A stretch of DNA of 64,000 nucleotides from Octopus vulgaris (taxonomy: Eukaryota): the NCBI GenBank assembly GCA_951406725.2, contig OX597824.1, positions 73,284,001 to 73,348,000 of the forward strand. Reading direction: 5' to 3'. The notes under the pieces are model-generated. The model was not told the origin of the DNA. It searched no databases and worked only from the letters and a program-made list of their open reading frames with translations. A program made the translations under genes and the position numbers. Below are positions 37,960 to 52,190 of this stretch, in pieces (positions within the stretch are counted from its first letter, which is position 1; every line of letters begins with the position of its first letter).

Positions 37960-38570
37960 GCCTATAAGATGAACACACACGTCTGCAAATATTGCCAAGC
38001 GTCCCCCATTCCCTGAACAGATGGTGTGTTGTTTTGGAGTAGCTCACTTAAATTTTTCATGTAAAATGCGTTTTTTTCGAAAATAGATCCCCTTTCCTTT
38101 ACATGTTTCCTCCACTGGCAGCGATGACAAGCATTGCTTTCACAATTAACTGCCCAATGAGTTAACACAATCCTTAAATCGTAGTCTTGGTTTCCACAAA
38201 CAAATTCTCGATATAGCATCCGCTTAGGGAACCTCCGATCATTTATCCGAATAAGGTGTCCGGTCCAACGTAAACAGTACTTGTGCACCATGGCTTCAAT
38301 GCTAATAGTATTGGCCCCCTTCAAGATTTGTGTCTGGAGTCCGCAAGGACCAACCAGCCAAAATTCAGACATCCTTGATGGAAGCGTTCAAGGACACTTA
38401 CATGGTACCTATAAAGGGTACGTGTCTCACAGGAGTAAAGAAGCGACGTCTGTATACATGCACAGTACACAGCAATTTTTGTTCGCCTTGTGATGCCAAG
38501 CTGGGACCAGACACAAGATTCAAGAGTTTTTCTGAAGCCTTAAAGATATTTCATCATCTAAGGAACAAGA
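37960..38570 (-). mobile_element. Degenerate RTE LINE 3' fragment
   Basis: SIEAMVHKYCLRWTGHLIRINDRRFPKRMLY matches the RTE LRWxGHxxRM..R.PK motif. Confidence 0.85.
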
Positions 38571-38589
38571 ACGGCTGAGTGTACTACCC

Positions 38590-39700
38590 AGGTAGACAAA
38601 CTTAGGAGTCCGAGGGAAACAATGAAAGTGGACCGAATGTTTTCTGGTGAACAGAACCCAGCTTGTGGTGATCGATGGTGTTCGATCAAGCTCAGCAACT
38701 GTTATCAGTGAAATCCCACAAAGGTACTGTGTTGTTTATTTACATTAATGATTATAAGCTTCTGAAAATCGTCGACAGGGTAGGAGCCAGGAAACTATCC
38801 AATCGCATCAGCTTGCTGTAATTCAATGGGCGGCAAAACACAATATACAGCTCAACGAGGGTAAATTTTAATTTAACCCACTGAGGTAAAAAGGTTGCAC
38901 TTAAGCTACCGTACGCTCTTCCCTCGAGTGAAGTTCTCGTGACACCAAACATCGCTTGACACCTCGAAGTAATTGTCGACAATAACTTAAGCTAGAGTGC
39001 CCACATAAAGGAAAATGTCGAGATGGCCCGTAGGGTGTGCTTATGGAACCTCATGAATTTCCAGTCAAGAGACGCACCTATTATTACCTTTTTTTTTTTC
39101 TACTTTCGTCTGTCCTCACTCTGGATACTGTTGTCCGCTGTGGTCTCTCTACATGAAACAAAATATAAAAAATTGAAGCAACCGGAAGATCAATCACAAA
39201 AAAATAGATATGATAGGTCTTGATTATTGGGAGCGGCTCAAGAAGCTCAAACTTTATTCCCTCCAACTCTGCCGAGAACGCAATATTTGAATGATGTGGA
39301 AAATATTTCAACGACATTGCCCAAATGATGTTGACATCAACTTTAAAATTCACTCCAAGCTTAAGTCTCCTTCCATCCGTCCTCAACAAAAATCAAATTC
39401 GCATTACATCACAACACTAAGACAGACCTGTTTCACCTGAACTGGCCCTGCTATCTTTAACATCATGCCAAAATACATAAGAGAAGATAAAGATCTAACA
39501 TTCAAACGGTTCTTGGATGAATATCTCCAACAAATTCTAGATAAACCACTTACACTCGGATATATTTCTGCAAACAATAACTCTTTACTCTAATGGGCTA
39601 TGGTGCCCAAAGAATGATTGTAACACGAAACATCATTAAATGTCTTTTCCAAGTGGTGCTATTAAGTTAGTCATGACTTGGGCCAAATCTGGCGAAACTT
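38590..39700 (+). mobile_element. Degenerate CR1/Jockey-group LINE RT fragment
   Basis: Frameshifted QLVVIDGVRSSSATVISEIPQ, FIYIND, EVIVDNNL and LGYCCPLW-like segments. Confidence 0.7.
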
Positions 39701-39716
39701 ATCTAAGTATCTAATA

Positions 39717-40580
39717 TGAGAGGGTACCGAAAATTAACCGGAAACGTTGTCCGTGGGACAAACCCGTTGTGGTTCAGGCTCCCACCGCTAGAAGCCACTT
39801 GATGCGACCCTCAGGCATCAGTCTGGTACTCTCATACTGCCGCATCGTGTGTCTTTGTTTTATAGTGCTTCTCTCCTGTTCGTCGATTTTTGCGATGACT
39901 GAAACGAAGGAGCAGCGTGCTTCCATGAAATTCTGTTTTCTACTGGGGACAACAGCGGCCGAAACAGTTCTCATGCTTCAAACAGCTTACAGGGATGCTG
40001 CCATGAGCAAAACACAAGTTTACGAGTGGTTTTCACGTTTTAGGAATGGTCACTTGTTGAACACCAACTTCGTTCAGGACGACCGTCAACCTCCTGAACA
40101 AACGAAAACATCGTGAAAATTCATGAACTGTTCTAGGAGGACCGTCACCGAACAATTGACGGACTTGTTGATATGACTGGTGTGTCTTGAAGCTCCTGCC
40201 AACGAATTCTGAATGAGGAATTGCGAATGAATAGGGTTACAGCATACACTTGTGCCTCACAGTCACGACTGAATGCGTGTCGTGAACGGAAAGGACAGTT
40301 GGAAATTAATCCGAACCTTCTTTCGAAGGTCATCACTAGTGACGAAAGCTGGCGCTATGGAATTTGCAAATGTGGAAGCGGTGAAGAAAAAAATGACTCA
40401 GAAAAGGCATCACTTCGTAAGAGTTCCAGCACTGCTTCGAACAGTGGAAAACGCGTCTGGACAGATGCATTGTTTCAAATGGAGAATACTTTGAAGGCGA
40501 TAAAAGTGTAAACATATAAAACTAAGTGAATAAAATAATATTGCAAAATTCCTGTTTTTTTTTTTTTGATACCCCACTCA
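39717..40580 (+). mobile_element. Internally deleted mariner element
   Basis: EQRASMKFCFLLGTTAAETVLMLQTAY...QVYEWFSRF HTH and ITSDESW. Degenerate TIRs (TGAGAGGGTACC / GATACCCCACTCA) flanked by TA. Confidence 0.85.
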
Positions 40581-40839
40581 TACATTATGTACATGTGTAT
40601 GTGTATGTGTGTGCGTGCATAGAGCTTAATATTTCGAGGGAATGTTATCAATGGATTTAGTCAAAGGAGATTCTTTTTATCTTGCACAACAATCACAATC
40701 TTTGAGTAGATCCATCCATTTCATAGTAAATCTTCACAGTTTAAACGAACTGTCTTTGCAAGTTAAATTACTTCCAAGAACATACTGAAAAAAAAAAACA
40801 AATTAATTATTACATCAGTCTAGAGAAATGTTTTCCTAT

Positions 40840-41136
40840 AGAGTTATCTCCCTTACAGCTTGGCGCGCAAAAGTAAAAGAAAAACCATTTAAATTGCATC
40901 ATAACTTATTTGTTTACCAAAATAGAATTGAGACGACTTTATGAGTTTATAATCTATCTGCTGTTTGAAGGTGAGCATACACACACTAAATAGTGGTTGT
41001 TATTGCTTCTTATTTTATATTAAGAGGAAACTCTGGCGAGTAGGACAATAAACAAACCATTATTTTTATTTAACTGCCTGTCAGACTTGAACACGCACCT
41101 TACATTGACGCCGAAACCTCCACACTTATTCTATTT

Positions 41137-41191
<55 letters not shown>

Positions 41192-41750
41192 GAACTTTTC
41201 CTTACACATCTTGGGGAAAGAAACTTTCTAGGGATTGTTGGGGTTTTACGAATCTGAAAGTTATTTTTTTCCAAACGGGGTCGAGTTGCTCGATTAAAGG
41301 CGGTGCTCCAGCATGGCCGCAGTCAAATGACTGAAACAAGTAAAAGAGTAAGAGAGAGAGAGAGAGAGTACTTAAGAAGAGTGGTCCCGGTGCGCGTACT
41401 CGAGCTAGCTAGTCGTGAATAGTCGATCCTTACTTTGTATTTTTGTTTTATTTACTTTATTTTAAAAAATTATTTATTTGGTGTTTTATTTACTTTGTGT
41501 AAAAAAAATTATTTTGTGTTTTATTTACTTTACTAGGTAGTCGTTGTAGGATTGACTATTCACGACTAGCCAACGCGAGTGCGCGCACCGGGACCACTCT
41601 TCTTAAGTAGTACCAATTAAAATTTTTTATCATATTCCCGGTCATAATTCCGTGCCCTTTCCCTCGTTAATAAGCGAAAGCAATTCCGTTCGCCTGTATA
41701 TTCAACACCACACTTTGTAATGTATTTTCAGATGGGTGTAAAATGGCGAA
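40840..41750. promoter_or_regulatory. Candidate promoter region between the divergent genes
   Basis: E2F-like TTGGCGCGCAAAA (40860-40872), plus-strand donor GAAG|GTGAGC (40971) and YY1-like AAAATGGCG (~41740), in relatively unique sequence. Confidence 0.25.
41371..41607. mobile_element. MITE with ~60-bp TIRs, TA (or TTAA) target
   Basis: TA|CTTAAGAAGAGTGGTCCCGGTGCGCG...CGCGCACCGGGACCACTCTTCTTAAG|TA, with an AT-rich subrepeat core. Confidence 0.9.
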
Positions 41751-43769
41751 GATTTAGCTGTTATTTCTAGAAGAGGTCAAGTGTCCACGTTGAATTACCC
41801 ACAGATAAATGTCACTTGTTATTTACCAACAGAGATAATAATTACATATTTAACACATATATATCATACATATACCTAACACAAAACCTCATTAAAATAC
41901 AAACCCCCCCAAAAGAGTTCTTTTTTTTTCTTTCTTCGCTCATGTTTGTGTTTTCTTCGGTTTGAGATTTGTGTTTTAATGTGGTATCATAAATGTTGCG
42001 AAAAGTAAAATTTTTATGCAACAGAGGCAACGAGAGAGCATGTACGAATGTATGAGGTCGTTCCAGTTGTGAGGAATAGTAACTAAGTTTCCAAAATTAA
42101 ACATCGAAAAGGTGCTCTATTTGGGAAGGACACGACTGGGACATCTTTGATTTGCTGAATTAAATTTAACTTGGGAGTAACATGGGCAAGACTTCTTTTT
42201 GTAACCCCACTACCACCAAAAACAACCTTTCAAATTTTTTTTTCCCTACACAATCTGCAAATAAATTGGCAAAAATCGGCATTTTGAAATTACCCCCCTC
42301 CCCACAAAAAATTCTTCATTTTTAACTTTTTTTCAGAAATTTTTCTTTCAAAATATGCAGAAAAATACGGAGATTATGATTCTGAAAAAAAATTTCCAAA
42401 AATATATCTACTTAGGTTAGGTTTACGGAAAAAAATGAAAAGGGAAGAAATTTGTGGGGGGTGGGCCAAAAATTTCAAAATTCCTATTTTTGGCAATGTT
42501 CCGGAATCTCCGTATCCGAAAACGTGGGTTTTTAGCAAAAAAATTTTTTAAAGCTAATTTGCGAGGAAATGGTGCGGGGGAGGGAGGAGGACTGGAGGAA
42601 GTCTTTCCGTAACAGGTGCTAACGTAAACAATAAGCACTCACACAGACCTAGCTGTATGGTCAAGAATGTAACTTTGCTATCACATGGATCTATTTTATT
42701 TGATCCATCTGTGCAGCTATTTGTGTTTTTTTATTATTTTTTTTACTACTGTATCCTATGATTAACCAAACTCTTGAGTGTGGAATTTAGTAGCTGGATT
42801 TAGTACTATGCTGGAGCTTATTGTATGTGCATAATATGTACATGTATGTGCATATATATATATACATGCACATATATCGACATGTGTGCGTGTGAATACA
42901 CATGGTTCTGGGTTCAGTCCCATTGCATGGACCATGGGCAAATGTCTTCTACTATAGCCTCGGGCAAACCAGAGCCTTGTGAGTGGATTTGGTAGACAGA
43001 AACAGAAAGAAGCCTGTCGTATATATATATATATATATATAATGTGTGTGTGTGTCTGTGTTTGTCCTCCCACTTGTCAACTGATGCTGGTGTGTTTACG
43101 TCCCCGTAACTTAGCGGTTCGGCATAAGAGACCGATAGAATAAGTACTAGGTTTACAAAGAATAAGTCCTGGGGTCGATGTGCTCAACTAAAGGTGGTGC
43201 TCCAGCATGGCCACAGTCAAATGACTGAAACAAGTAAAAGAGAGTTAATACATCAAGCTGTTCTTGAACAAAAAGAGTCATAAAAAATAATTAAATTTAG
43301 TCCAAACACATTGTATATGTATGTGTCCAACCCATGCCAGCATGGACAACAGACATTAAATAATGATGATGATAAATGCTGTTATGCATGATAGTAGTAA
43401 GTTAAGAAATTTTAATTAAAGTTATATTATTAGTGGTGAAAACAAATTGACATTGTACTGCCTAGGTCCATGTGAATCTCTCTGTGACATAGTTTCTAGC
43501 ATGTATTTCACCCTTTCATTACTAAATTTCTATTGAAATGCACTGCTTTTATTTCAATTCATTTGGAAAACAAGAAAGAATTTAGTAAAATTATTTTGTT
43601 TATTACATAAATTCATATAGACTTTTGAGGTAAACATCCTAACTCCTTATTTTCACCCCCAACAGTTGAGGACTCTGAGGGTATTTTTCACTATCTTTCT
43701 AAAATGGATATTATATCTCAGTAATGATGATGATCATCGTTTAACGTCCACTTTCCATGCTTGCATGGG

Positions 43770-44370
43770 TCTACCTCTTCCACAGGTTCCCTCAACCACT
43801 AGGATGTGGAACTTTTTCACACAGCTATCCTCATCCATTCTCACCACATAACCATACCCATGCAGTCGTCTCTCTTGCTCACCACATCTGATGCTTCTTA
43901 GGTCCTACTTTTCTCTCAAGGTACTTACACTCTGCTGAGTATGCACACTGACATTACACATCCATCAGATCACACTGGCTTCGTTCCTTGCGAGCTTACG
44001 CATGTCCTCATCAGTCACGGCCTATGTTTCACTACCATGTAGCACGGCTGTTCGTACGCATGCGTCATACAGTCCACCTTTTACTCTGAGCGAGAGGCCC
44101 TTTGTCACCGGCAGAGGTAAGAGCTCTCTGAACTTTTCCCAGGCTAAGGTTATCATTTCATTCTTTTTCCATTCCTGCTTGATTTACATATCAATCATAT
44201 AAAAGAGTGGTCAGAACAACAGCTCTGTATACACTGGTCTTGGTCTCTTTCTTCAGATAACTATTGTTCCAGACTCTTATGTATAATCTGCCAAATGCAC
44301 TGTTTGCCATGGTCAGTCTGTTATCAACTTCCTTGACAATTTTGGAATCCAGTGAAATGGTGCACTCTAG
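43770..44370 (-). mobile_element. RTE LINE fragments
   Basis: Minus-strand LYDACVRTAVLHGSET and RRLHGYGYVVRM-like segments. Related piece at 50540-50850. Confidence 0.7.
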
Positions 44371-47300
44371 CTAAGTGGAGAATCGACTTACCAAGACTGT
44401 GCTGTATGGCAGTCACTGCGATAGATGAGCACAAGGATTCCTTTAAAGATACCCGCAGGACGACAAGGAAAAAAAGGGGGAAAGCAAAGTCATTTTGGCA
44501 GATTTTAATTTAGATCACTTTGATCCTTTAGCATTTAGATTACTCTGTCAAATATAATGTTTATCATCATCATCATTGTTTAACATCTGCTTTCCATGTT
44601 GGCATGGGTGGGACAGTTGGACAAGAGCTGGCCAGGAAGAAGCCTGCACCAGACTTCTGCAACTGTTTTGGCAGGATTTTTACAGCTGAATGCTCTTCCT
44701 AACACCAACCATTCTGCAGAGTCAACTCAGTACTTTTTATGTGGCACAAGCACAGGCGAAGTCAGTTTTGGCAAGGGTTTTTACAGCTGGATGCCCTTCC
44801 AAACACTAACCACTTTACAGTGTGGACTGGATGCTTTTTAAGTGGCACCTTCACTGACAGGATCCCCAAGTACTTGCAAGACAAAAAAAAAAAAAACTTT
44901 CAAGAGGGGAGGAGGCGTTCTTGTGTCAGATGATGAAAAGCTTATAGTGAGAGACAGAAACAGGTGTCTTGCTTGCTGTAGAGGAGTTACAAGATTACCC
45001 AGCCAAAGAGAGAGAGAGAGAGATCAGGAATGAAGACAGAAACAGGTGCACTGCATAAAACAGATAAAATATTTAGATCACTTTAACCTTTTTGTTACCA
45101 TATTTCTGTTGAAATACATGCCTGTTTTTTCATTAATTTTGAAAATATTGAAGAAGTTGGCAAAATAACATAGTCATTTTTCATGTGGTGTTTTGGGACA
45201 TAAACTAACATGAAATTTCGATGGGAGGTTTTAACTTAAAATCACTTTAACCCTTTTATTACCATATTTCTGTTGAAATACACTGTCTTCGTGTCTATTA
45301 ATTTTGAAAATAATGAAAAATGTCATTAAATAACTTGGTCATTATTAAACTGAGGTTCGAAACATAATTTGTCAGGAAATTTTGATGAAAGGTTATAACT
45401 TAAATCACTTTAACACTTTTGTTACCATATCATCATTGTTTAATGTCCGCTTTCCACGCTAGCATGGGTTGGACGATTTGACTAAGGACTGGCGAACCAG
45501 ATGGCTGCACCAGGCTCCAATCTGATCTGGCAGGAGTTTCTACAGCTGGATGCCTTTCCTAACACCAACCACTCCGAGAGTTTAGTGGGTGCTTTTACAT
45601 GTCACCAGCACAAGGGCCAGTCGGGCGGTACTGGCAACGGCTATGCTCAAATGGTGTTTTTTACATGCCACCTGCACAGGAGCCAGTTCAGCGGCACTGA
45701 CAATGACCTCGCTCAAATGTTCTATCACGTGCCACTGGCACAAGTGCTAGTAAGGCATCGCTAATAATGATCATGCTTGAATGGTGCTTTTTACGTGCCA
45801 CCAGCACGGAACCCAGTTAGCTGCTCTGGCAACGAATACGCTTGGATGGTGCTCTTAGCGCTCCACTAGCACGGATGCTAGTCATCGAAATTGATTTCGA
45901 TTTCCCTTGCCTCAACAAGCAGAGTTTTATGTCCAATAAAGGAAAAATATGCATAAGTGGGCTGATTACACCCCTGGCATAGGTCACAAGGTTATGGTCT
46001 CACTTGGCTTGCCAGTTGAAATACACTGCATTTGCTTGAATTAATTAAAAAAATAACGAAGAATTTAGTGATATAACTTTGTCACTGTTAAGCTGATGTT
46101 TGGCATAAATTAACATGAAATTTTTAATGGGAAGTTTGAATTTAGATAACTTTAAAACAGAAAGTTCGTGCTGTAGGACTAAGTGGTGTGTCAGGCGGGT
46201 TGGTATCAAAAGGGTTAATTCTCATTTCAATGATTGAATAATTGAAGTTTCCCAAACTGCAACATTATCCATGTCAACTTTTGATAGCAACGCTTAAGTA
46301 TGAGAGACAAGTGAGAAGTTAGGTCAAGGATAATTTGATATTCTTTGAACTCTGCTGTATCAAGTTATCCCCATGTTGTGCTCTTTTGTACATTCTGTGA
46401 GACACTGAAGAGAAAAAAAAAGGGTCATGGTTATGCAGGAGAGCTGGGAATTTTTGTTTCTCTCATAAAACAATCAGGCATGCTGTTATTTGGTCGAACA
46501 GAAACAGAAGTTGTGATGTTTATGCCTTGCCTGTGTAGTGAGCATTGGTGTTGTAAGTGAAATGAATGAGATTGGTTGCAATAGAAAATGAAACTGGATC
46601 ACAGATTCAGTTTACAAGAAGCTTTTTACACACACAAACACATGGACTTAGACATGGCAGTATGGTTAAAAAATTTACTTCTCAACCACATGATTTTAGG
46701 TTCAGTCCCACTGAGTGGCACCTTGGGCAAATGTCTTCTACTCTAAGCTCCTTGTGAGTAGATTTGATTAGTAGAAATTGAAAAAAGCTGTGTATGTGTG
46801 AGAAAGAGAGAGAGTGTATGTGTGTGTGAGAGAGTGTGTATGTGTCTGTCTAGATTTTGTGTGATAATTGTAAACAAGCATCACTATCACTCAAGAGATG
46901 TCCTTCATTTTCAATTTTCTGTGAAAACATATCCAACCACGGGAAAATAGGTGATGGTTGGTGACCAGAAAAGCATCCTGTCATAAAGAATCTGCTTCGA
47001 TGAATTCTGTCCAACCCACGCAATCATGGAAAAATGAACATTAAAATGATGATGATATGTACACATACACACATGAAGGTGCATAGATCAGTGGTTAGAG
47101 CGTCGGGCTTACAATCATGAGGTAGTGAGTTTGATTCCTGGACTGGGCTGTGTGTTGTGTTCTTGAGCAAGACACTTTATTTCACGTTGCTTCAGTTCAC
47201 TCATCATCATTATCATCATCGTTTAACGCCCACTTTCCATGCTAGCATGGGTTGAACAATTTGACTGAGGTCTGGCAAACGAGATGGCTGCACCAGACTC

Positions 47301-49995
47301 CAATCTGATCTGGCAGAGTTTCTACAGCTGGATGCTCTTCTTAATGCCAACCACTCCGAGAGTGTAGTCAGGTGGTACTGGCAACGGCCATGCTCAAATG
47401 GTGCTTTTTATGTGCCACCTGCACTGGAGCCAGTCCAGCGGCACTGGCAACGACCTCGCTCAAATGTTTTTTCATGTGCCACCAGCACAAGTACCAGTAA
47501 GGCGACACAGGTAATGATCATGCTAGAATGATGTTTTTTATGTGCCACCAGCACGGAGGCCAGCTTGTTGCTCTGGCAACGATCACACTTATATGGTAAT
47601 CTTAGTACTCCACTAGCATGAATGCCAGTCATTGAATTTGATTTCAATTTCGATTTCACTTGCTTCAACAGGTCTTTGCAAGCAGAGTTTAGTGTCCAAT
47701 GAAAGAAAGTTACACATAAATGGGCTGGTTACACCCCTGGCATAGGCCACAAGGTTATTGTCTCATTTGAGCTTGCCGAGTCTTCTCAAGCACGGCATGT
47801 AAGAAATGGGTTGCGACATCACTAGCACCAATCTGTATCAGCCTTTGCCTTGGATAACATCAGTGGCATGAAGAGGGAAGGCTGGTATGCATGGGAGAGT
47901 GCTGGTCTTCCATAAACAACTTTGCCTGGACTTATGCCTCAGAGGGTAACTTTCTCAGTACAATTCCACGGCCATTCATGACCAAAGGGGTCTTTACTTT
48001 TTATATATATAGAGAGAGAAAGAGGATGATTGGATAGATAATGAGTGAATTTGTTGAACTGGCGCTAGGAAGGGCATCAAACTGTAGAAACTCTGCCAGA
48101 TCAGATTGGAGCCTGGCGCAGCCATCTGGTTCGCCAGTCCTCAGTTAAATCATCCAACCCATGCTAGCATGGAAAGTGGATGTTAAATGATGATGATGAT
48201 GAATTTAATACATGGAAACTGTGCAGAAGCTGTCAAATGTATGTATGCATGTGTGTGTTTGTGTATCTGTTTACACTGGTCTAAAAAAATTTTTTTTTTA
48301 AATTTGTTCTATTTCTTTAACCCTCGTGACTTAGTAGTTCAACAAATATAAATCAATGAAATAAGCACCAGACTAAAATAAGTATCAGATCCATCTCTTT
48401 CTTTTCCTCTCTTTAACTTGTTTCAGTCATTTGACTGCGGCCATGCTGGAGCACCACCTTTAGTCGAGCAAATCGATCCCAGGACTTATTCTTTGTAAGC
48501 CTGGTACTTATTCTATTGGTCTCTTTTGCTGAACCGCTAAGTTACGGGGACGTAAACATACCACCATCAGTTGTCAAGCAATGTTGGGGGGACAAACACA
48601 GACACACAAACACACACACACACATATATACATATATCGACTGGCTTCTTTCAGTTTCCGTCTACCAAATTCACTCACAAGACTTTGGTCGGCTCAAGGC
48701 TATAGTAGAAGACACTTCCCCAAGATGCCACGTAGTGGGACTGAACCCGGAACCATGTGGTTGGTAAGCAAGTTACTTTATTTCATGAAAATTCGCCATT
48801 AAAGCGTTACATAGAGGGGACATACAAGGACAGACAAACATATAGAGTGAAGTAGCTTAAAATGTTTTAAAAATTAACAATATGATAGGTAAAAATTTCA
48901 ATGGAAGTTAACAAATTTAATGTTACATAGTAGGGCAAGGAAACCAGCCATCGGGGTAGAACCTAGCCACTCCTGCATCTATGATAAATTTTAAATCCTT
49001 GAAGCCAACATCCCAACATCATTGAATAGAGACTGGCTAGTTGAGGTAAAATGATAGAAACAGGACAATAAAAAGAATAAGTGTACCAGATTGTATATAA
49101 GAACACCTGTAGAATACTCAACCTGTTCAGTGACAACATTGGGCATTGCACACATATTTGTTAGTAATATGAACCACATTGAGTTCAGTGTTAATTGTGA
49201 GTGAGAGTTTGACAATGGTTGAAGCAATGGATGAAGCTTAACCTCATTGTTCTAGTTTTCCTATCTACCTCCTTAGACACCAGGTGAATACATGTCTTGT
49301 GGAGAAAATGAATTACCGAACTAGTCAACCGTATATAAGGTTCATTTATCACTTCTGCCAGTAACAGAAAAGTTGATAACCTCCAAATAGCAATATGTTA
49401 TATATGTGTGTGAGAAAGAGAGAGAGAAAGAAAGGCTAAGTAATGCTATGGAGACAAATATATTCATACATATGTGTGTGTTTAATATAGTGTGTACCAT
49501 CATCATAATTTAAAATCCATTCTCCATGCTGGTATGAGTTCGATGGTTTGACAGGAGCTGGCCAGGTGGAGAGCTACACCAGGCTTCATTTCTCTGTTGT
49601 GGCTTGGTTCCTACAGCTGGATGCCCTTCCTAATGCCAACCACTTTACAGAGTATGCTGGGTGCTTTTTATAAGCTGCTAGCACAGATTCTTTTACGTGG
49701 CACCAGCATGGGTGCTTTTCGTAGCAGTGCGTGCTTTTATGGTTCTTGGAACAGTGAATTTCAAGGCTCACGTAACTATATAATAGTAATATGTAAATAC
49801 TAGGTTGAAAAACCCATTTTGGACAGAAAAAATCAAAGGCTGTTATTAACCCAATACTTACCTGCTATTATAGCTTTATGTGCTTCAAGATCCGCTGTTC
49901 AAAAAAAGACTTCTTTCATGCTTTCTCAAAAGTTTATGAAATTCTGCTGATAGCAACAATATATGTGTGTGTGCGCACATGTATATATCTGTGTA

Positions 49996-50029
<34 letters not shown>

Positions 50030-50942
50030 GAGAGAGAGAGATGTCCATCAGATGTCCATTGTCCATGCTGGCATGGTTTGGATGTTTTGACTGGGGTGGC
50101 ACACTGGAAGGCTGCACCAGATTCCAGTCTTATTAGGCATGGTTTTCTACAGTTTGATGCTCTTCCTAATGCCAACCACTCTGAGAGAGTAATGGATGCT
50201 CTTACATACCACCAGCACAGGTGACATTTGCATAGCACTGGGGTGCTTTTATGTGCCACCAGCACAGGTGCCATTTGCATGACGCTGGTATCTGGCACAA
50301 CTGTGATTTTGCTCTGCTTGATGGGTTTTCTTCTCAAGCATGGTCATTGCCTCTGTGAAACCCATCACTCAAAAGGAACTCAGCCACTTTACCTCTCTGA
50401 GACCCAACACTCGAAAGGTATTTACATGCCACCAGCACAGGTGCCAGTTACCTTGACTATGATTTCACTTGGCTTGACAGGTCCTCTCAAGCACAGCACA
50501 TCGCCAAAGGTCTTGGTCACTAGTCACTGCCTCTGTGAGGTTCAAAGTTTGAAGATCATGCTCCACCACCTCGTCCCATGTCTTCCTGGATCTACCTCTA
50601 TCACAAGTTCCCCCAACAGTTAGAAATCAGCTCTTCTTTACACAGCTGTCCTCATTCATATGCATCACATGACCATACCAGAACAGTCGTCTCTTGCACA
50701 CCACATCTCATACCTAACGTTTCCCTCAAGATGCTTACACTCTGTCAAACATGCACACTGACATTGCACATCCAGCAAAGCATACTGGCTTCGTTTCTTT
50801 CAAGCCTACGCATGTCCTCAGCTTTTATAGCCCATGTTTCACTGCCATGCAGTGTCATTCTTACGTCTGCTTCCACAATAATATGGAGCTGGGTTGGATG
50901 CATTGACAGAATCCAATGGTCAGAGCACTACATCTATCTATC

Positions 50943-51768
50943 TATTGGGTTGGCAAGAAAGTAATTTCATTTTTCACAAATAGAGTTGCGATTTTTTTTA
51001 ATGACTTTTGTCAATGTTATGATTTTTTCCTTTTGTCAATTTAAAGCCATTACTTTTAGCTTACTTTAGAAGCAAATTGCACATAATTTTGTTTACAGCT
51101 GTTAGTTCAGTGTCGATTTTAACATGGAATGCAAAAATGAACATTTTCGCCATGCTTTGCTTTTTTATTTCTGTAAAGGCATGAAAGCTGCTGTGACTCA
51201 CAAAGAGATTTGTGAAGTTTATGGTGTTGATTGCTTAACAGAACACACATGTCAGAAATGGTTTAAAAAATTCCATTGTGGAGATTTTTCACTGAAAGAT
51301 GACCAATGTTCTGGTCGACCTACTGAAGTTGATGATGACTGAATCAAAGCCATAATTAAATCTGATTGTCACATAACTGTGCGGGAGATTGTAGAGAGAT
51401 TAAATGTATCACACACAACAATTGAAAATCACTTAAAATGTCTTGGACTTGTTAAGAAGCTCGATATTTGGGTTCCATATGAATTAAAAGAGATTCACTT
51501 AACAACGAATCAATATTTGTGATATGCATCTCAAACGCAATGAAATTGACCTTTTTTTGAAATAAATTGTCACAGGTGATGAAAAATGGATTGTCTATAA
51601 TAACATCAATTGAAAAAGGTTAATGTTTCAAACATAATGAACCGGAACAAACCACATCAAAAGCTGAATTGCATCAAAAAAAGGTCATGATGTCAATAAG
51701 GTGGGATTACAAAGGTGTTGTGTATTTTGAGCTGCTTCCAAGGAAGCAAATGATCAATTCAGATGTTG
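50943..51768 (+). mobile_element. 3'-truncated, inactivated mariner (SETMAR/Hsmar-like transposase)
   Basis: TA-TTGGGTTGGCAAGAAAGTAAT terminus. MECKNEHFRH...KWFKKF...SGRP, WVPYEL and IVTGDEKWIVYNN motifs, with stops. Confidence 0.9.
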
Positions 51769-51936
51769 TCTCAACAGACGCACGGTGTCTACGAGTCAGG
51801 TATTGAAGTGATTGCAGGGCAACATGAGATGAAGTGTCTTGCTTAAGAATACAATGCACCACCCAGTCTAGGAATTGAAATCACAATCTAGCAATCATGA
51901 GTGCAACACCCTAACTGCTAAGCCATGTACCCTCAC

Positions 51937-51973
<37 letters not shown>

Positions 51974-52136
51974 CTTTATATAGTATTTATTTTCTCTCGT
52001 TTCCTTCTGTGTTCCTTTCAGTGGAAGAGCATAGGCTCGAAATGTTAAAGACTTTTTCACTTCCCAAGCGTTATACTAATACATCTGTTTGTTGTCTACA
52101 CCACGTGTTTTCGTCTTTTGTTTTTTTGTGAATTCT

Positions 52137-52190
<54 letters not shown>

